A stretch of DNA of 32,000 nt from Candidatus Babelota bacterium (GTDB taxonomy: Bacteria > Babelota > Babeliae > Babelales > Vermiphilaceae): the NCBI GenBank assembly GCA_039809905.1, contig JBDHVY010000001.1, positions 1,196,745-1,228,744 of the forward strand, read 5' to 3'. Numbering within the stretch: position 1 is the stretch's first letter; each line of letters opens with the position of its first letter. Shown here piece by piece: positions 1 through 10,532 of this stretch. The position numbers and the translations under genes were made by a program. Under the pieces are notes generated by a model. The model saw nothing but the letters and a program-made list of their open reading frames with translations, had not been told where the DNA came from and did no database searches.

Positions 1-3
1 GCT

Positions 4-1071
4 ATGCGAGAAGAATACAGAGGATTAAGTAAACAAGAAAAAGAAGAAAAAAATGAACAACTCATGGCGTTTGGTAAATCATTACAGCTTAAACTTGCTC
101 CTTTGCAATTAATCAACTTGAGTGATCAATTGTTTGAACAGGCATATTCTTATTCTGTTGCTCCTAAAAACTTAAAAAATCTACCTGTGGAAGATTATTC
201 TTGCGCAAAAGAAATAGATTCGTTACAAAACTTAAGACGCACAGTTTTTCTGTTTCTGCCTGAGGATATGAGAAAAGTGGTGATCAAAGGACAATTAAAA
301 ACCTTAGAAAACAAACTGAGTGAAGATATTCTTGAAGCAAAGCGTGAATTAGTAAAAGCTTTCGGAATGGGCGTTGATAATCCGTATTTCAAAGCAGCAT
401 TAATAGCAAGTAAGAAAGCACAAGCATTTCTGATGCAAAATATGAAAAAAAAGCGAGACGATGCTCAGGTTGATACAAATCTTTCTCTTCTTTGGACAAA
501 TTGGGTTTCGCGGGTCATTAGATTAGCAGATCTTGAACCAAGTTCTCTTGATCTAGTTCTTGGTGTCAATAGCAATAATGACCTCGATAACACGTTTGCG
601 TGGAACTCAACTGGTACTCCACGTTGTAATGATAATGGAAAATATATTTATGAAGCTCCTGTTATTGGTCTTGGGATAAGTGAAAATGAGCGTTTAAAAC
701 TTAATTACCAAAATCCTTTATTTGCTAATATTTATCAGCATGCGGCCTTTCATGAAGTTGTGCATACAATTAAAGGTCATGCGCCTTCCTGTTCATATCT
801 GGTAAATGCTATAAGTTTATTCCTTAATCAAAAAATTGCCGATATGGGAAAAAAAATTAAAATCCATCCTGCTTACTTTCATTTATGCCTTGCACAAGAA
901 AAAGAAGCAGATGTCTTTCATGCAACTAAATATCCCAAAGCTGCTGAATGCGCTATGGCAATTCCCATGTGCCCAACTATGGGCGGTGCACTTTATAAAG
1001 GAAGTTATCCATTGGTAGCAATTGCTGATACGAATTGGAAAATGCTTCGTGATATTAATGACCGTAAATAG
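4..1071 (+). CDS. Putative zinc metallopeptidase-like protein (HExxH); 5' end may extend upstream of the window
   Basis: ORF contains FHEVVHTIKGHA followed by EKEADVF, a gluzincin-like HExxH ... ExxAD arrangement. The reading frame is still open at the window edge. Confidence 0.6.
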   Translation: MREEYRGLSKQEKEEKNEQLMAFGKSLQLKLAPLQLINLSDQLFEQAYSYSVAPKNLKNLPVEDYSCAKEIDSLQNLRRTVFLFLPEDMRKVVIKGQLKTLENKLSEDILEAKRELVKAFGMGVDNPYFKAALIASKKAQAFLMQNMKKKRDDAQVDTNLSLLWTNWVSRVIRLADLEPSSLDLVLGVNSNNDLDNTFAWNSTGTPRCNDNGKYIYEAPVIGLGISENERLKLNYQNPLFANIYQHAAFHEVVHTIKGHAPSCSYLVNAISLFLNQKIADMGKKIKIHPAYFHLCLAQEKEADVFHATKYPKAAECAMAIPMCPTMGGALYKGSYPLVAIADTNWKMLRDINDRK

Positions 1072-1414
1072 AATTGCTGATGAAATATATCGTAAAAGCA
1101 AGGTGTTGACGCGCAGTCATTTGGTGAATAATATTTTTTTATAATGTTTGCTAATATTTCATAAAGATAGTTGTCTATCAAAAAGAAAACAAAAATCATT
1201 CTCTTTTGCGTAACCCGTGATCAACGACTTATCTATTGCCGATGACCAAAAACATTCCACAGTGGCGCGATTTTGGTTGCGTGTTTTTTCGGCGAAAGCA
1301 TTCATTTTTGTAATTCGATAGTCGAACTTAAATGTTTTATAAATCTGTGATAAGATTTAATTGTGTAGAATACTTTTCTTGCGAGAAGCTTTATCTTTTT
1401 GTAAAAGGATAGCT

Positions 1415-1945
1415 ATGTTTACTCGCAATGAGAAAGTTGTTTATCCAGGCCACGGAGTGGCCATTATTAACTGTGTTATAGAAAAAAAAATTGCAGGACG
1501 TTCTTTGCAGTTTTTTGAATTGCGTTTTCTCAATAAAGATATGACCATTCTTGTTCCAACAGATAATGCGAGCGCGGTAGGTATTAGACCACTTAGTTCT
1601 GCCGAATATATCAATGATATTTTTAAAATACTAGCGCAACCAGTTATGACTAAACAACTTGATGCAGTAGTAAGCAATTGGAATAAACGTAACAAAGAGT
1701 ATCAAGGAAAATTACGCAGTGGTAATTTGCTCGAATTATGTGCAATTTACAGGGATCTCAGGCACATTGAAGTAAATAAAGAACTTTCTTTCGGTGAAAA
1801 AAGCCTGTTGCAGCAGACAGAAGCTCTTTTAATTGAAGAAATTTCGATAGTTACTAAGGTTCCTCTTGCTGATGCAGCTCAGCAATTAAAGGACTTAGTT
1901 GGAGCAAAAATAAAAAGAAATAATGAAACAATGCGAACTTTGTGA
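1415..1945 (+). CDS. CarD/CdnL-like transcriptional regulator
   Basis: N-terminus MFTRNEKVVYPGHGVAIINCVIEKKIAG...FFELRFLNKDMTILVPTDNA matches the CarD/TRCF RNA polymerase interaction domain pattern. ATG at 1415 is preceded by AAAGGATAG; the tracked ORF starts earlier at 1361. Confidence 0.8.
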   Translation: MFTRNEKVVYPGHGVAIINCVIEKKIAGRSLQFFELRFLNKDMTILVPTDNASAVGIRPLSSAEYINDIFKILAQPVMTKQLDAVVSNWNKRNKEYQGKLRSGNLLELCAIYRDLRHIEVNKELSFGEKSLLQQTEALLIEEISIVTKVPLADAAQQLKDLVGAKIKRNNETMRTL

Positions 1946-2021
1946 TTGAAGTTTAACTATTTATAGCGAGGATCCCTCAAAAAATTGGGATCCTCGCTAT
2001 TTTGGTGTATGCTTATCTATT

Positions 2022-3047
2022 ATGCATAAAAAAATAAATCACCCATTTATGTTTATTATCTATGGCCCAACTGGTGTTGGCAAAACAGAACTGGCTTTAG
2101 AAGTTGCTCAATATATTCCTGCAGAAATTGTTAATATGGATGTGGGGCAATTTTATACACCTCTTTCTATTGGTACTGCAAAACCAGATTGGCAAAATAG
2201 CTCAATTCCGCATCATCTTTTTGATAGCATCAATGCTCCCATTAATTGGACTACTGCTGAATATCGTATTCGAGCATATAAAATTATTAATGAAATTATT
2301 AGTCGAGGTAACCTACCTATTCTTGTAGGTGGATCAGGCTTTTACTTACATTCATTATTGTTTGCGAGTCCATTTTCTGCCGAAAGCCTTGAAAACATTA
2401 ACATGATAAATTCTCAAGCAAATATTCAGGTACAACAATCTAAAAATAGTAATAGTGATAAAGATTTATGGCAACAACTTTATTGTATTGATCCAGTGAG
2501 GGCTGAGGCTATTAGTAAGTCTGATACATATCGTATTGAGCGAGCTTTGAATATTTGGTATACCACGGGAAAATTGCCATCATCATATGCACCACTATAT
2601 AATCCAGAAATGGATTACTCTATACTTTTTGTAGATCGGGACCGCCAAGAATTGAGAAAAAGAATTGATGCTCGTGTAGATGAAATGCTTGAATCCGGTT
2701 GGATTGATGAGGCAAAAAATCTTATGAATAGTCCATGGCAAGATTTTCTCAGAAAAAAAAATCTCATTGGATATAGTGAAATATTTGATTATCTTTCGCT
2801 TAATAACAGAAGTTCGGATGCCTTTGCCCATATGGTAGAATTAATAAGTGCCCAAACACGGCAATATGCAAAAAGACAATGTACATTTTGGCGTAAGTTA
2901 GAACGTGAAATAAAAAAAGAAAAGCAGTATACTGGTACCAATGTTGGTTGCCTTGATGTAGTCAATTTGACCAATACAGATGGTAAGTTATATAGTAAAA
3001 AACTGAGCTCCATCTTGAACGCTGTATTTGAGAGAAAAGTTCAATGA
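2022..3047 (+). CDS. miaA: tRNA dimethylallyltransferase
   Basis: IYGPTGVGKTELALEVA P-loop, QFYTPLSIGTAKP, PHHLFD, LPILVGGSGFYLHSLL; typical MiaA motifs. Confidence 0.92.
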   Translation: MHKKINHPFMFIIYGPTGVGKTELALEVAQYIPAEIVNMDVGQFYTPLSIGTAKPDWQNSSIPHHLFDSINAPINWTTAEYRIRAYKIINEIISRGNLPILVGGSGFYLHSLLFASPFSAESLENINMINSQANIQVQQSKNSNSDKDLWQQLYCIDPVRAEAISKSDTYRIERALNIWYTTGKLPSSYAPLYNPEMDYSILFVDRDRQELRKRIDARVDEMLESGWIDEAKNLMNSPWQDFLRKKNLIGYSEIFDYLSLNNRSSDAFAHMVELISAQTRQYAKRQCTFWRKLEREIKKEKQYTGTNVGCLDVVNLTNTDGKLYSKKLSSILNAVFERKVQ

Positions 3048-3075
3048 AAGCGATAAAAAAATTAGGAATAAAACT

Positions 3076-3711
3076 ATGAATAAATGGGAAGATTCTTTCA
3101 AGAAAAATGAAGCCATGTGTCATTGTTCAAACAATGGCCTTTTTATACCTAATAGACAGCTGAGTATTATAGTTGCAGGATTACTTTTTTTAGCTTTTTG
3201 CATTTTTATATCAGGATATTTTTTGGGCAAAAAAAATGTAGTAGAACAATATTCTGAGAAAATGCAGCAAGAAGCTTTTTCTGACCAAGTCTATGCATCA
3301 ATACTCACTCATCCAGAAAATAGTGAACAACAAAATTCACCTACATTACTCGTAACTCAAACTGAAACGCAGCCTGTTGAATTATTACATGAACCAGTTG
3401 TTCAAGCAGTGATGAGCGAAAATCAAATAGTTACATCTGCTACTCTGCCAGAACAATCATCAGTTCAGTATTATGCGCAACTTATAGGGTTTGGAACGGA
3501 AAAAGCTGCTCAACAATTTGTAAAAAAACTTGCAATAAAAGGAATCGAAACTGAAGTAAAAAAACGAATAAGCACAACAGCTAAAGGGCGTACTTCTTAT
3601 TGGTATCAAGTGGTAACAGCTGCATATTCCAATAAAAATGATTTGATAGAGCTTGTTAATAAAATTACTAAAGAAGAAAATATAAAAGATGCAAACATTC
3701 GTGTTTGTTAA
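3076..3711 (+). CDS. Membrane-anchored SPOR-domain protein
   Basis: One N-terminal TM segment (LSIIVAGLLFLAFCIFISGYFLG) and C-terminal YYAQLIGFGTEKAAQQFVKKLAIKGIETEVKKR...YQVVTAAYSNKNDLIELVNKI, matching the SPOR pattern. Confidence 0.7.
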   Translation: MNKWEDSFKKNEAMCHCSNNGLFIPNRQLSIIVAGLLFLAFCIFISGYFLGKKNVVEQYSEKMQQEAFSDQVYASILTHPENSEQQNSPTLLVTQTETQPVELLHEPVVQAVMSENQIVTSATLPEQSSVQYYAQLIGFGTEKAAQQFVKKLAIKGIETEVKKRISTTAKGRTSYWYQVVTAAYSNKNDLIELVNKITKEENIKDANIRVC

Positions 3712-3750
3712 TAGTAAAGATAAAAAAAAGAATATAAAGAAAGGTTCAGT

Positions 3751-5676
3751 ATGATTATTACTCTTCGCAACCAGATTAAACAGTCATCATTTAGATATGT
3801 CTCGTTTTTTATTTTTGTAGTTATAGGTGCGGGAATGATTTCGATACCAGCACTTATGAGGGAAGAACGAACTGGCGGTTCATGGGCAGTGAAAGTAAAT
3901 GGTGAACAGGTATCATATCAAGATTTTGCAAGAGAAATTGCTGAACAAAGTGAGTTTCTTGCACAAATCCGTGCTCAATACGGTCAATATGCAGATCTTT
4001 TATTTCAGGCAATGGGATGGCCAACAGATCCTCAGTCTCTGGCTCTTGAAGAACTCATCAGAACAACATTAATGAAGCAATTTGTCAGAGACCTTGGTCT
4101 ACGTGTTCATGCAGATTATATTGCTGAAAGCATGAATGATGTACAATTTGCTCGTCGTCATTTACAACGTATAGTGCCCGCTTTTGTGTTTGATCAATCA
4201 GGAGTACTAGATCCTGAAAAACTCCGCATGTATTTGCAGTATAAAAATCTTTCGGTAAAAAAATTTGAGAGCAAGGTAGAAGATAGCTTAAATCAGTTAC
4301 AGGCATTACAGATTGTTGCATCTTCATGCTACGTTCCTTCATTTGATATAGAACAAGAATTTATTGCAACTAAGCTTGGCAAACAATTTTCATATCTCAC
4401 CTTTTCATATGATTCATTCTTGGCTGCTGAGAAAAAAAATGTAATCAATGATGAAGATGCTCATGAATATTATGATAAAGAAAATATACAAGCACGCCGT
4501 TACTGGGTTCCTGAAAAACGTGATGCTATTGTATGGAAATTTAGTCCAAGTGATTACAATGCATCAATTTCTGAAGAACAAATAACAGAATATTATGAAA
4601 ATAATAAAGCAAATAAATATGTACTTGAGCCTCTTAAAGTAGAAGTGCGACAAATTTCTGAAAAACAACTAGCTCAATATCCTGACTTAACCCTTGAGAT
4701 GGTAAAAGATGAAATCATACACAATCCAGCATCGGCTTGGAATAAAAAATGGGAATCATTAAAACCATTTGCTCGTGGTGAAAGAAAAGGATCTTTTGAA
4801 CAAGAAGCATTTTTATTACAAAATGAAGGCGATATTTCATCAATCATAGATACAAAAGATGGAAGAGTATTTATTCAGCTTGTTAGAAGAATCCCTAAGG
4901 TCTATAATCAACTTTCAACTGTGCGCCACGATATCAGAACTATTTTATCTGAAAAACAGTTTAAAAAGCAGTTTGTTAAGGACTTAAAAGAGATTTTATC
5001 AAAAGATGATATCCAATCAATAGAAGCATTTATTGCACAAAAGTATGGCAAAAAAGAAGTTGCGCTTGGGGTTATAAAAAATGATACCCAGCTTTCCCAG
5101 GAACTTTTCGGATTAAAAAAAGATGAATATGGTGTTTTTGTGGATGGAAATACGGGGTTTGTTGTTAAGTTGACAGCTATCGTTGAACGCCATCTGCCTA
5201 AATATGAACTAATTCGTGATATTGTTGTTGAGGATCTTCATCAAGAACGTGCTTATAGTCAAATGATCGATGCTATGGAGCAAGCAAAACAAGCAGCTAC
5301 AGAGCTTTCTTTTGAACAGCTTGCAAAAAAATATAATGCATCGCTTCATTACACGGGCATGATCTACCCTAGCGATAGTAAAAAAACACAAGAGCTAGAT
5401 AAAAAAGAGCTTCCTGCAAAGGCAATGTTGAATCTTGATAAAGTAGGCGCTCTTATGGTTCATTCTACCGATAGAATGGGTATGTTGATAAAGGTTGATG
5501 CGATTAAAAATGATGATATAGAGCAGGCATCTGCTGATTATAAAGAAGTTCAGTCCGTGCTCAATAATAATAGAATGAAAATGCAGGTCGAGAGCGTTGT
5601 TGCTTCTTTGCATAGAAATGCTACAATAGAAACTAATGAGTCAACACAAATAGCTGGCGAAGAATATTCAGAATGA
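3751..5676 (+). CDS. PpiD/SurA-like membrane foldase (SurA N-terminal domain)
   Basis: N-terminal TM then [34 protein letters not shown]; long periplasmic region with PPIase-like segment ([12 protein letters not shown]...). Confidence 0.72.
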   Translation: MIITLRNQIKQSSFRYVSFFIFVVIGAGMISIPALMREERTGGSWAVKVNGEQVSYQDFAREIAEQSEFLAQIRAQYGQYADLLFQAMGWPTDPQSLALEELIRTTLMKQFVRDLGLRVHADYIAESMNDVQFARRHLQRIVPAFVFDQSGVLDPEKLRMYLQYKNLSVKKFESKVEDSLNQLQALQIVASSCYVPSFDIEQEFIATKLGKQFSYLTFSYDSFLAAEKKNVINDEDAHEYYDKENIQARRYWVPEKRDAIVWKFSPSDYNASISEEQITEYYENNKANKYVLEPLKVEVRQISEKQLAQYPDLTLEMVKDEIIHNPASAWNKKWESLKPFARGERKGSFEQEAFLLQNEGDISSIIDTKDGRVFIQLVRRIPKVYNQLSTVRHDIRTILSEKQFKKQFVKDLKEILSKDDIQSIEAFIAQKYGKKEVALGVIKNDTQLSQELFGLKKDEYGVFVDGNTGFVVKLTAIVERHLPKYELIRDIVVEDLHQERAYSQMIDAMEQAKQAATELSFEQLAKKYNASLHYTGMIYPSDSKKTQELDKKELPAKAMLNLDKVGALMVHSTDRMGMLIKVDAIKNDDIEQASADYKEVQSVLNNNRMKMQVESVVASLHRNATIETNESTQIAGEEYSE

Positions 5677-6791
5677 AAACAAAAACATCATCAGCGGCTC
5701 ACGTAGAGCCGCCAAAAGACAAAAATGCCGTTGAGCAATCAATGAAAAAAAAGATGCTCGAGGTAACGTTTTCTCAGATAGATAAACAGTATGGTAGTGG
5801 AGCTGTTATGAAGCTGGGAGAATCTCAGAATCATAATATGGAAGCAATTTCCACCGGATCTATACTCATAGATAGAGCAATTGGAATAGGTGGATTTCCT
5901 GTTGGCAGAATTATTGAAGTGTTCGGCCCAGAGGCTTCCGGAAAAACAACCCTAGCAATGCATGTTATTGCGCAAGCTCAAAAGCGTGGCGGAATTTGTG
6001 CTTTTATAGATGCTGAACATGCTCTTGATGTAACCTATGCTAAAAATCTTGGTATTAATGCCGATGAATTAATTATTTCTCAGCCGGATTACGGCGAGCA
6101 AGCTCTTGATATTGCAGAAATGCTTGTTCGTTCAGGTGCTGTAGACGTAATAGTTATCGATTCAGTTGCTGCATTGGTTCCTAAAGCAGAACTTGAAGGT
6201 GACATGGGAGATTCTCACATGGGTCTTCAAGCGCGACTTATGTCCCAAGCCCTACGCAAATTGACACCAGTTATTCATAAATCTAAAACAGTGCTTATTT
6301 TTATTAACCAGATTCGACAAAATATTGGAGCTATGCCTTTTGCCAATAAAGAAACGACAACTGGTGGTAATGCATTGAAATTTTATGCTTCAGTTCGTCT
6401 TGATGTTCGCAGAATAGCAAGCTTGAAGAAAAATGATGTTAATATTGGTAATCGGGTACGAGTACGTGTGGTAAAAAACAAGGTTGCTCCCCCATTTAAA
6501 CAAGTTGAAGTTGATTTATTATTCAGCGAAGGCATTAGTAAAGAACTCGACTTGCTTGATGCAGCATTACATTTTAAAGTAATTGCGCAATCGGGGTCAT
6601 GGTTTGCATTTAATGGCGAAAAAATTGCACAAGGTCGTGATCAAGTTTTGCAACACCTTAAAACACTTGAAGTCTATCAAGCGGTTTATGCAAAAGTTGC
6701 TGAATGTATTGCGGCAGAAAAAGAAGTTGGTGCAACAGTAGATTTTGATGCTCAAATGAAAGAAGATGCTGCGCAAGCAGATTTGGAATAA
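5673..6791 (+). CDS. recA: Recombinase A
   Basis: [94 protein letters not shown]. Start ATG overlaps the stop of the upstream gene (ATGA). Confidence 0.97.
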   Translation: MKTKTSSAAHVEPPKDKNAVEQSMKKKMLEVTFSQIDKQYGSGAVMKLGESQNHNMEAISTGSILIDRAIGIGGFPVGRIIEVFGPEASGKTTLAMHVIAQAQKRGGICAFIDAEHALDVTYAKNLGINADELIISQPDYGEQALDIAEMLVRSGAVDVIVIDSVAALVPKAELEGDMGDSHMGLQARLMSQALRKLTPVIHKSKTVLIFINQIRQNIGAMPFANKETTTGGNALKFYASVRLDVRRIASLKKNDVNIGNRVRVRVVKNKVAPPFKQVEVDLLFSEGISKELDLLDAALHFKVIAQSGSWFAFNGEKIAQGRDQVLQHLKTLEVYQAVYAKVAECIAAEKEVGATVDFDAQMKEDAAQADLE

Positions 6792-6844
6792 ATAAAAACT
6801 CTTAATACGGAGTCCCCATTACATGTGTAATAGAGAATGGGGCT

Positions 6845-7402
6845 ATGAGAAAAAGTTTCATGTTAAAAGAAAAAAAAGAAAACGTTCCGTTAATTAATCA
6901 ACAAATTCGTGCTGAACATGTTCAGCTTATAACGCAAGATGGTGAAAACATTGGGACGATAAGTAGAAACCAAGCATTACGACAAGCAGAAGAAGCTGGT
7001 CTTGATCTTGTATTGATAGCTCAAAGTGGTAAAGAAGGCATACCTGTTGTTAAAATCATGGATTTTGGTAAGGTACTTTACGAAAAGAAAAAGAAGACTA
7101 TTGAGGCAAAAAAACATCAAAAAGTGATTCAAATAAAAGAAATAAAAATGAATCCTAAAATTGGTGAACATGATTATCAAACTAAAATTAAGCAAGCAAT
7201 ACAGTTTTTGACATCAGGAAAACGGGTAAAAATTACACTTTCGTTTAAAGGTCGAGAAATAGCGACTAAAGATGTACGTGGCTTAGAGCTTTTTACCAAA
7301 ATAGAAAAGAGTTTTGGAGAGCATGATTTGGCGAATAGCCTTATGCAAGAACCAGACTCAAAAATGGGTAAAATATGGTCGCGTATTTATTATTTAAAAT
7401 AA
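6845..7402 (+). CDS. infC: Translation initiation factor IF-3
   Basis: LINQQIRAEHVQLITQDGENIGTISRNQALRQAEEAGLDLVLIAQ... MDFGKVLYE ... KEIKMNPKIGEHDYQTKIKQA; followed by rpmI-rplT. Exact start uncertain. Confidence 0.93.
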   Translation: MRKSFMLKEKKENVPLINQQIRAEHVQLITQDGENIGTISRNQALRQAEEAGLDLVLIAQSGKEGIPVVKIMDFGKVLYEKKKKTIEAKKHQKVIQIKEIKMNPKIGEHDYQTKIKQAIQFLTSGKRVKITLSFKGREIATKDVRGLELFTKIEKSFGEHDLANSLMQEPDSKMGKIWSRIYYLK

Positions 7403-7420
7403 ACTTATTAAGGATGAACA

Positions 7421-7636
7421 ATGGCGAAAATGACTAAGATTAAAATGAAAACAAATTCTTCTGCAAAGAAGCGTTTTTCAAAAACTGGCGGAAAAGTAAC
7501 AAAAATTAAACGTGGAAAAGCATTTAGACGTCACTTAATGACACGCGCAAGCGCGAAAACTAATCGCCAATTGCGTCGTCCTACTTACTTTTCACCATCA
7601 GATTTGCCAGGAATTAAACTTCTATTACCATATTAA
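7421..7636 (+). CDS. rpmI: 50S ribosomal protein L35
   Basis: KMKTNSSAKKRFSKTGGKVTKIKRGKAFRRH; syntenic between infC and rplT. Confidence 0.93.
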   Translation: MAKMTKIKMKTNSSAKKRFSKTGGKVTKIKRGKAFRRHLMTRASAKTNRQLRRPTYFSPSDLPGIKLLLPY

Positions 7637-7670
7637 TAACATTATATAATTTTAAAATTAGGGATTAAAA

Positions 7671-8018
7671 ATGTCACGAGTAAAACGCGGTATAGTTACT
7701 AAAAAAAGACACAAACGTTTATTAAAACAAACTAAGGGTTTTTGGGGACAACGTAAAAATATTTTCAAAAGAGCTCATGAAACATTGCTTCGCGCTTGGG
7801 CGTTTGCATTTAAAAGCAGAAAGCTTCATAAACGCGACATGCGTTCACTCTTTATTTCTCGTATTACAGCTTCAGTAAGACCTCAAGGAACATCATACAG
7901 TAAATTCATCCATGGTCTTAAAGTTGCTCGTATTGATTTAAACAGAAAAATGCTTAGTCAATTATCAATATTTGAACCTGCAGCATTTTCTCAGATTGTT
8001 GAGATAAGTAAGCAATAG
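7671..8018 (+). CDS. rplT: 50S ribosomal protein L20
   Basis: MSRVKRGIVTKKRHKRLLKQTKGFWGQRKNIFKRAHETLLRAWAFAFKSRKLHKRDMR. Confidence 0.95.
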   Translation: MSRVKRGIVTKKRHKRLLKQTKGFWGQRKNIFKRAHETLLRAWAFAFKSRKLHKRDMRSLFISRITASVRPQGTSYSKFIHGLKVARIDLNRKMLSQLSIFEPAAFSQIVEISKQ

Positions 8019-8023
8019 TTTTC

Positions 8024-8052
8024 TTGACAATGCTTTTCTTGAATCATTAGAC
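8024..8052 (+). promoter_or_regulatory. Candidate sigma-70-like promoter for the zapB-like/zapA operon
   Basis: TTGACA at 8024-8029, 17-nt spacer, TTAGAC at 8047-8052. Confidence 0.4.
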
Positions 8053-8137
8053 TAACTTCCAAGAGTGAAAACTAGCCACGTTGATTCTTTACTTGGTATC
8101 CCATGCAAAAAAAGGTGGGATTAAAAAAAGGAGTTTT

Positions 8138-8455
8138 ATGGAAGTAGTACTAGTTCTTGAAGAAAAAATAAAATCTTTGATTGCAACGGTTAAAAATATG
8201 AAAGATAATTATGCCGCTTTGCAATCAAAGTATGATTCATTACAAAGTGATAATGATCAATTAAAGGCAGAGAATGATAAGCTTGCTGAAGGTAATGCAC
8301 AATTGACTTTCCAGTTGAATTCAATAGAAAAATCTATGCTAAAAGAGACTGGGCATGTTCAGGAGCTAACAGAAGAACGCTCTATAACACGCCTAGTCCT
8401 TGATGATTTAATAAAGAGTATTGATTCAATCGTTGAGAATGAAAATCAACCATGA
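8138..8455 (+). CDS. Small coiled-coil (ZapB/FtsB-like) protein
   Basis: Heptad-rich ALQSKYDSLQSDNDQLKAENDKLAEGNAQLTFQL; ATG at 8138 after AAAAAGGAG; overlaps zapA start by ATGA. Confidence 0.6.
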   Translation: MEVVLVLEEKIKSLIATVKNMKDNYAALQSKYDSLQSDNDQLKAENDKLAEGNAQLTFQLNSIEKSMLKETGHVQELTEERSITRLVLDDLIKSIDSIVENENQP

Positions 8456-8742
8456 TGAATGAAAAAAAGAGTTATAAAGTACAAATTTTTGAAGAACATT
8501 ATGTTCTTTCCAGCGATGAGCCTGAGGCTCTTGTATTAAAGGCCGCAGAAATAGTAGATAATGCTATGAAAGAAATTAGTCATCATTTTGCTATTACTGA
8601 TGCCAAAAAAATAGCCGTATTGTCAGCGCTTCGTATTGCAAATAAATTATTACACCATGAGCGTGAGTATGGTCATAAAGAACAGAAAATGGTTGCTCTC
8701 AAGAATTATATTGATGAAGAGCTTTCGTTGTTGAATTTGTAA
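8452..8742 (+). CDS. zapA: Cell division protein ZapA
   Basis: YKVQIFEEHYVLSSDEPEALVLKAAEIVDNAMKEIS...ITDAKKIAVLSALRIANKLL; ZapA-like pattern. Confidence 0.8.
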   Translation: MMNEKKSYKVQIFEEHYVLSSDEPEALVLKAAEIVDNAMKEISHHFAITDAKKIAVLSALRIANKLLHHEREYGHKEQKMVALKNYIDEELSLLNL

Positions 8743-8858
8743 AATAATCTCCTTCTTATGTGCATTCCATTAGTGTAAGCTTACAAATCTGCTTGCGGCA
8801 CTAATTTTATTATCCTTAAATTAAACGACAAGTAGTATGCTTGTTTAGTGTAGGAATG

Positions 8859-10421
8859 CTCATGATAGACATGTCATTATTATTCATAGGCGCTGTTGGA
8901 AGCGTTTTTGTTGTTGCTTTAGTTTTCTTGTATTTCGCCTATAAAAAAAATATAGCTGCATCTGAATTTCTCAATGATGCTAAAGATCGTTTAAAAAATT
9001 CAAAACGTGATATTGATACTGAAAAACAATCAGCTTTAATTAAAATTAAAGATGAGATGTATCACAAAAGAAAAGAATTTGAATTAGAACTTAAGCGTGA
9101 ACGGATTGAGATCGATCGACTTCAAACAAAACTTGGTACAAAATCCGAACATTTGGAAAAGCGTGAAGCTCAATTAGATGATCTGCGCCTTGAATTACAA
9201 CAAAAAGAGCGCAATTTGTCTCGTCTTGAAGATGCTGTTCGCATCAATGACTCTAAAGTAAAAAGTTTATATAGCGAACTTATATCAAAGTTGGAACACG
9301 TCAGCGGAATGTCAAAAGATGATGCAAAAAATGCATTATTTGGCACTATTGAAGCTGAAGTTCGTCTTGCAAGTCAGAAATATGTACAAAAGGTTGAAGA
9401 AGAAGCTCGCCAGACAGCAAAAGAAAAATCAACCAATATCTTAGTAAATGCTATGCAGCGATATACTGCTGATCTTGTTGCTCCCTATTTATCAGGTATT
9501 GTCCATCTTCCTAATGAAGAAATGAAAGGAAGAATTATTGGTAAAGAGGGCAGAAACATTAAGGCTCTTGAAATGGCAACAGGTATGGAATTCATTATTG
9601 GTGAATCGCCTGATATTACAGTATCTGGTTTTAATCCTATTCGCCGAGAAGTTGCGGTACGTACATTAGAAAAATTAATTACTGATGGCAGAATTAACCC
9701 AACACGTATTGAAGAAACCGTTGTTCAATGCGAAAAAGAAATTGAAGAAATTATCCAAGAGTATGGTAAGAATGCAGTTCTTGAGTTTAACTTACAAGGC
9801 ATTCATCCAGAAATTATCACGCTCATTGGTAAATTGCACTTTAGAACAAGCTATTCACAGAATGTGTTGGTGCATTGCAAAGAAGTTGGTGTATTTGCGC
9901 GTATGATAGCGGAAGAACTTGGTCTTGATGGTGCGCTCGCATTACGAGCTGGTTTGCTGCATGATATTGGCAAAGCAGTTACTGCTGAAATAGAAGGCCC
10001 ACATGCTTCTATTGGTGCTGATATTGCAAAACGCTGTGGCGAAAACCCAATAGTCGTTAATGCTATTGCAGCCCATCATGAAGAAGTACCATTTACTTCA
10101 ATTTATGCAATTATTGTGGTTATTGCCGATACTATTTCAGCATCTCGTCCAGGAGCTCGCAGAGAAACGCTTACGGCATATATTAAGCGTTTAGAAAAGC
10201 TTGAAGAAATAGCATCTTCCTTTGATGGAGTTAAAAAAGTATATGCGGTACAAGCTGGACGTGAAATACGCGTTATTGTAGAAGAAGACAGTCTTAACGA
10301 TGAACAAGCGAACTTGCTCGCTCATAATCTTGCTCGTAGAATTGAACAAGAAATGACATTCCCGGGTCAGATTAAAGTAAACGTAATTCGTGAAAAGCGT
10401 TCGATTGAATATGCGAGATAA
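8859..10421 (+). CDS. rny: Ribonuclease Y
   Basis: N-terminal TM, long coiled coil, KH region (GRIIGKEGRNIKALEMATGMEFIIGESPDITVSGFNPIRREVA), HD motif (GLLHDIGKAV), C-terminal IKVNVIREKRSIEYAR. Tracked ORF begins at 8841; start inside 8841-8859 uncertain. Confidence 0.95.
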   Translation, partial: LMIDMSLLFIGAVGSVFVVALVFLYFAYKKNIAASEFLNDAKDRLKNSKRDIDTEKQSALIKIKDEMYHKRKEFELELKRERIEIDRLQTKLGTKSEHLEKREAQLDDLRLELQQKERNLSRLEDAVRINDSKVKSLYSELISKLEHVSGMSKDDAKNALFGTIEAEVRLASQKYVQKVEEEARQTAKEKSTNILVNAMQRYTADLVAPYLSGIVHLPNEEMKGRIIGKEGRNIKALEMATGMEFIIGESPDITVSGFNPIRREVAVRTLEKLITDGRINPTRIEETVVQCEKEIEEIIQEYGKNAVLEFNLQGIHPEIITLIGKLHFRTSYSQNVLVHCKEVGVFARMIAEELGLDGALALRAGLLHDIGKAVTAEIEGPHASIGADIAKRCGENPIVVNAIAAHHEEVPFTSIYAIIVVIADTISASRPGARRETLTAYIKRLEKLEEIASSFDGVKKVYAVQAGREIRVIVEEDSLNDEQANLLAHNLARRIEQEMTFPGQIKVNVIREKRSIEYAR

Positions 10422-10422
10422 A

Positions 10423-10481
10423 TTAGATTAAAAAAAAGCGCAACAATAATAAACTTATTGTTGCGCTTTTTTTTAATCTAA
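10423..10481. terminator. Very long perfect inverted repeat, bidirectional intrinsic terminator
   Basis: 27-nt perfect arms TTAGATTAAAAAAAAGCGCAACAATAA / TTATTGTTGCGCTTTTTTTTAATCTAA around a 5-nt loop TAAAC. Confidence 0.92.
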
Positions 10482-10532
10482 AAAAGGATAGTAGTATGAA
10501 AAAATTCATTAAAGCCATAAAAAGGAAAAGCT

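Noticed and set aside
1005-1199. Short minus and overlapping ORFs of 60-95 aa across the window
   Set aside because: Most lie antisense to or inside confidently assigned genes and have no recognisable domain; treated as spurious.
1072-1414. Possible tRNA or structured RNA in the ~340-nt gap before the carD-like gene
   Set aside because: A TTGACG-N17-TAATAT promoter-like pair is present near the start, but I could not fold a cloverleaf or match any known RNA; hairpins such as ACCAAAA/TTTTGGT are weak.
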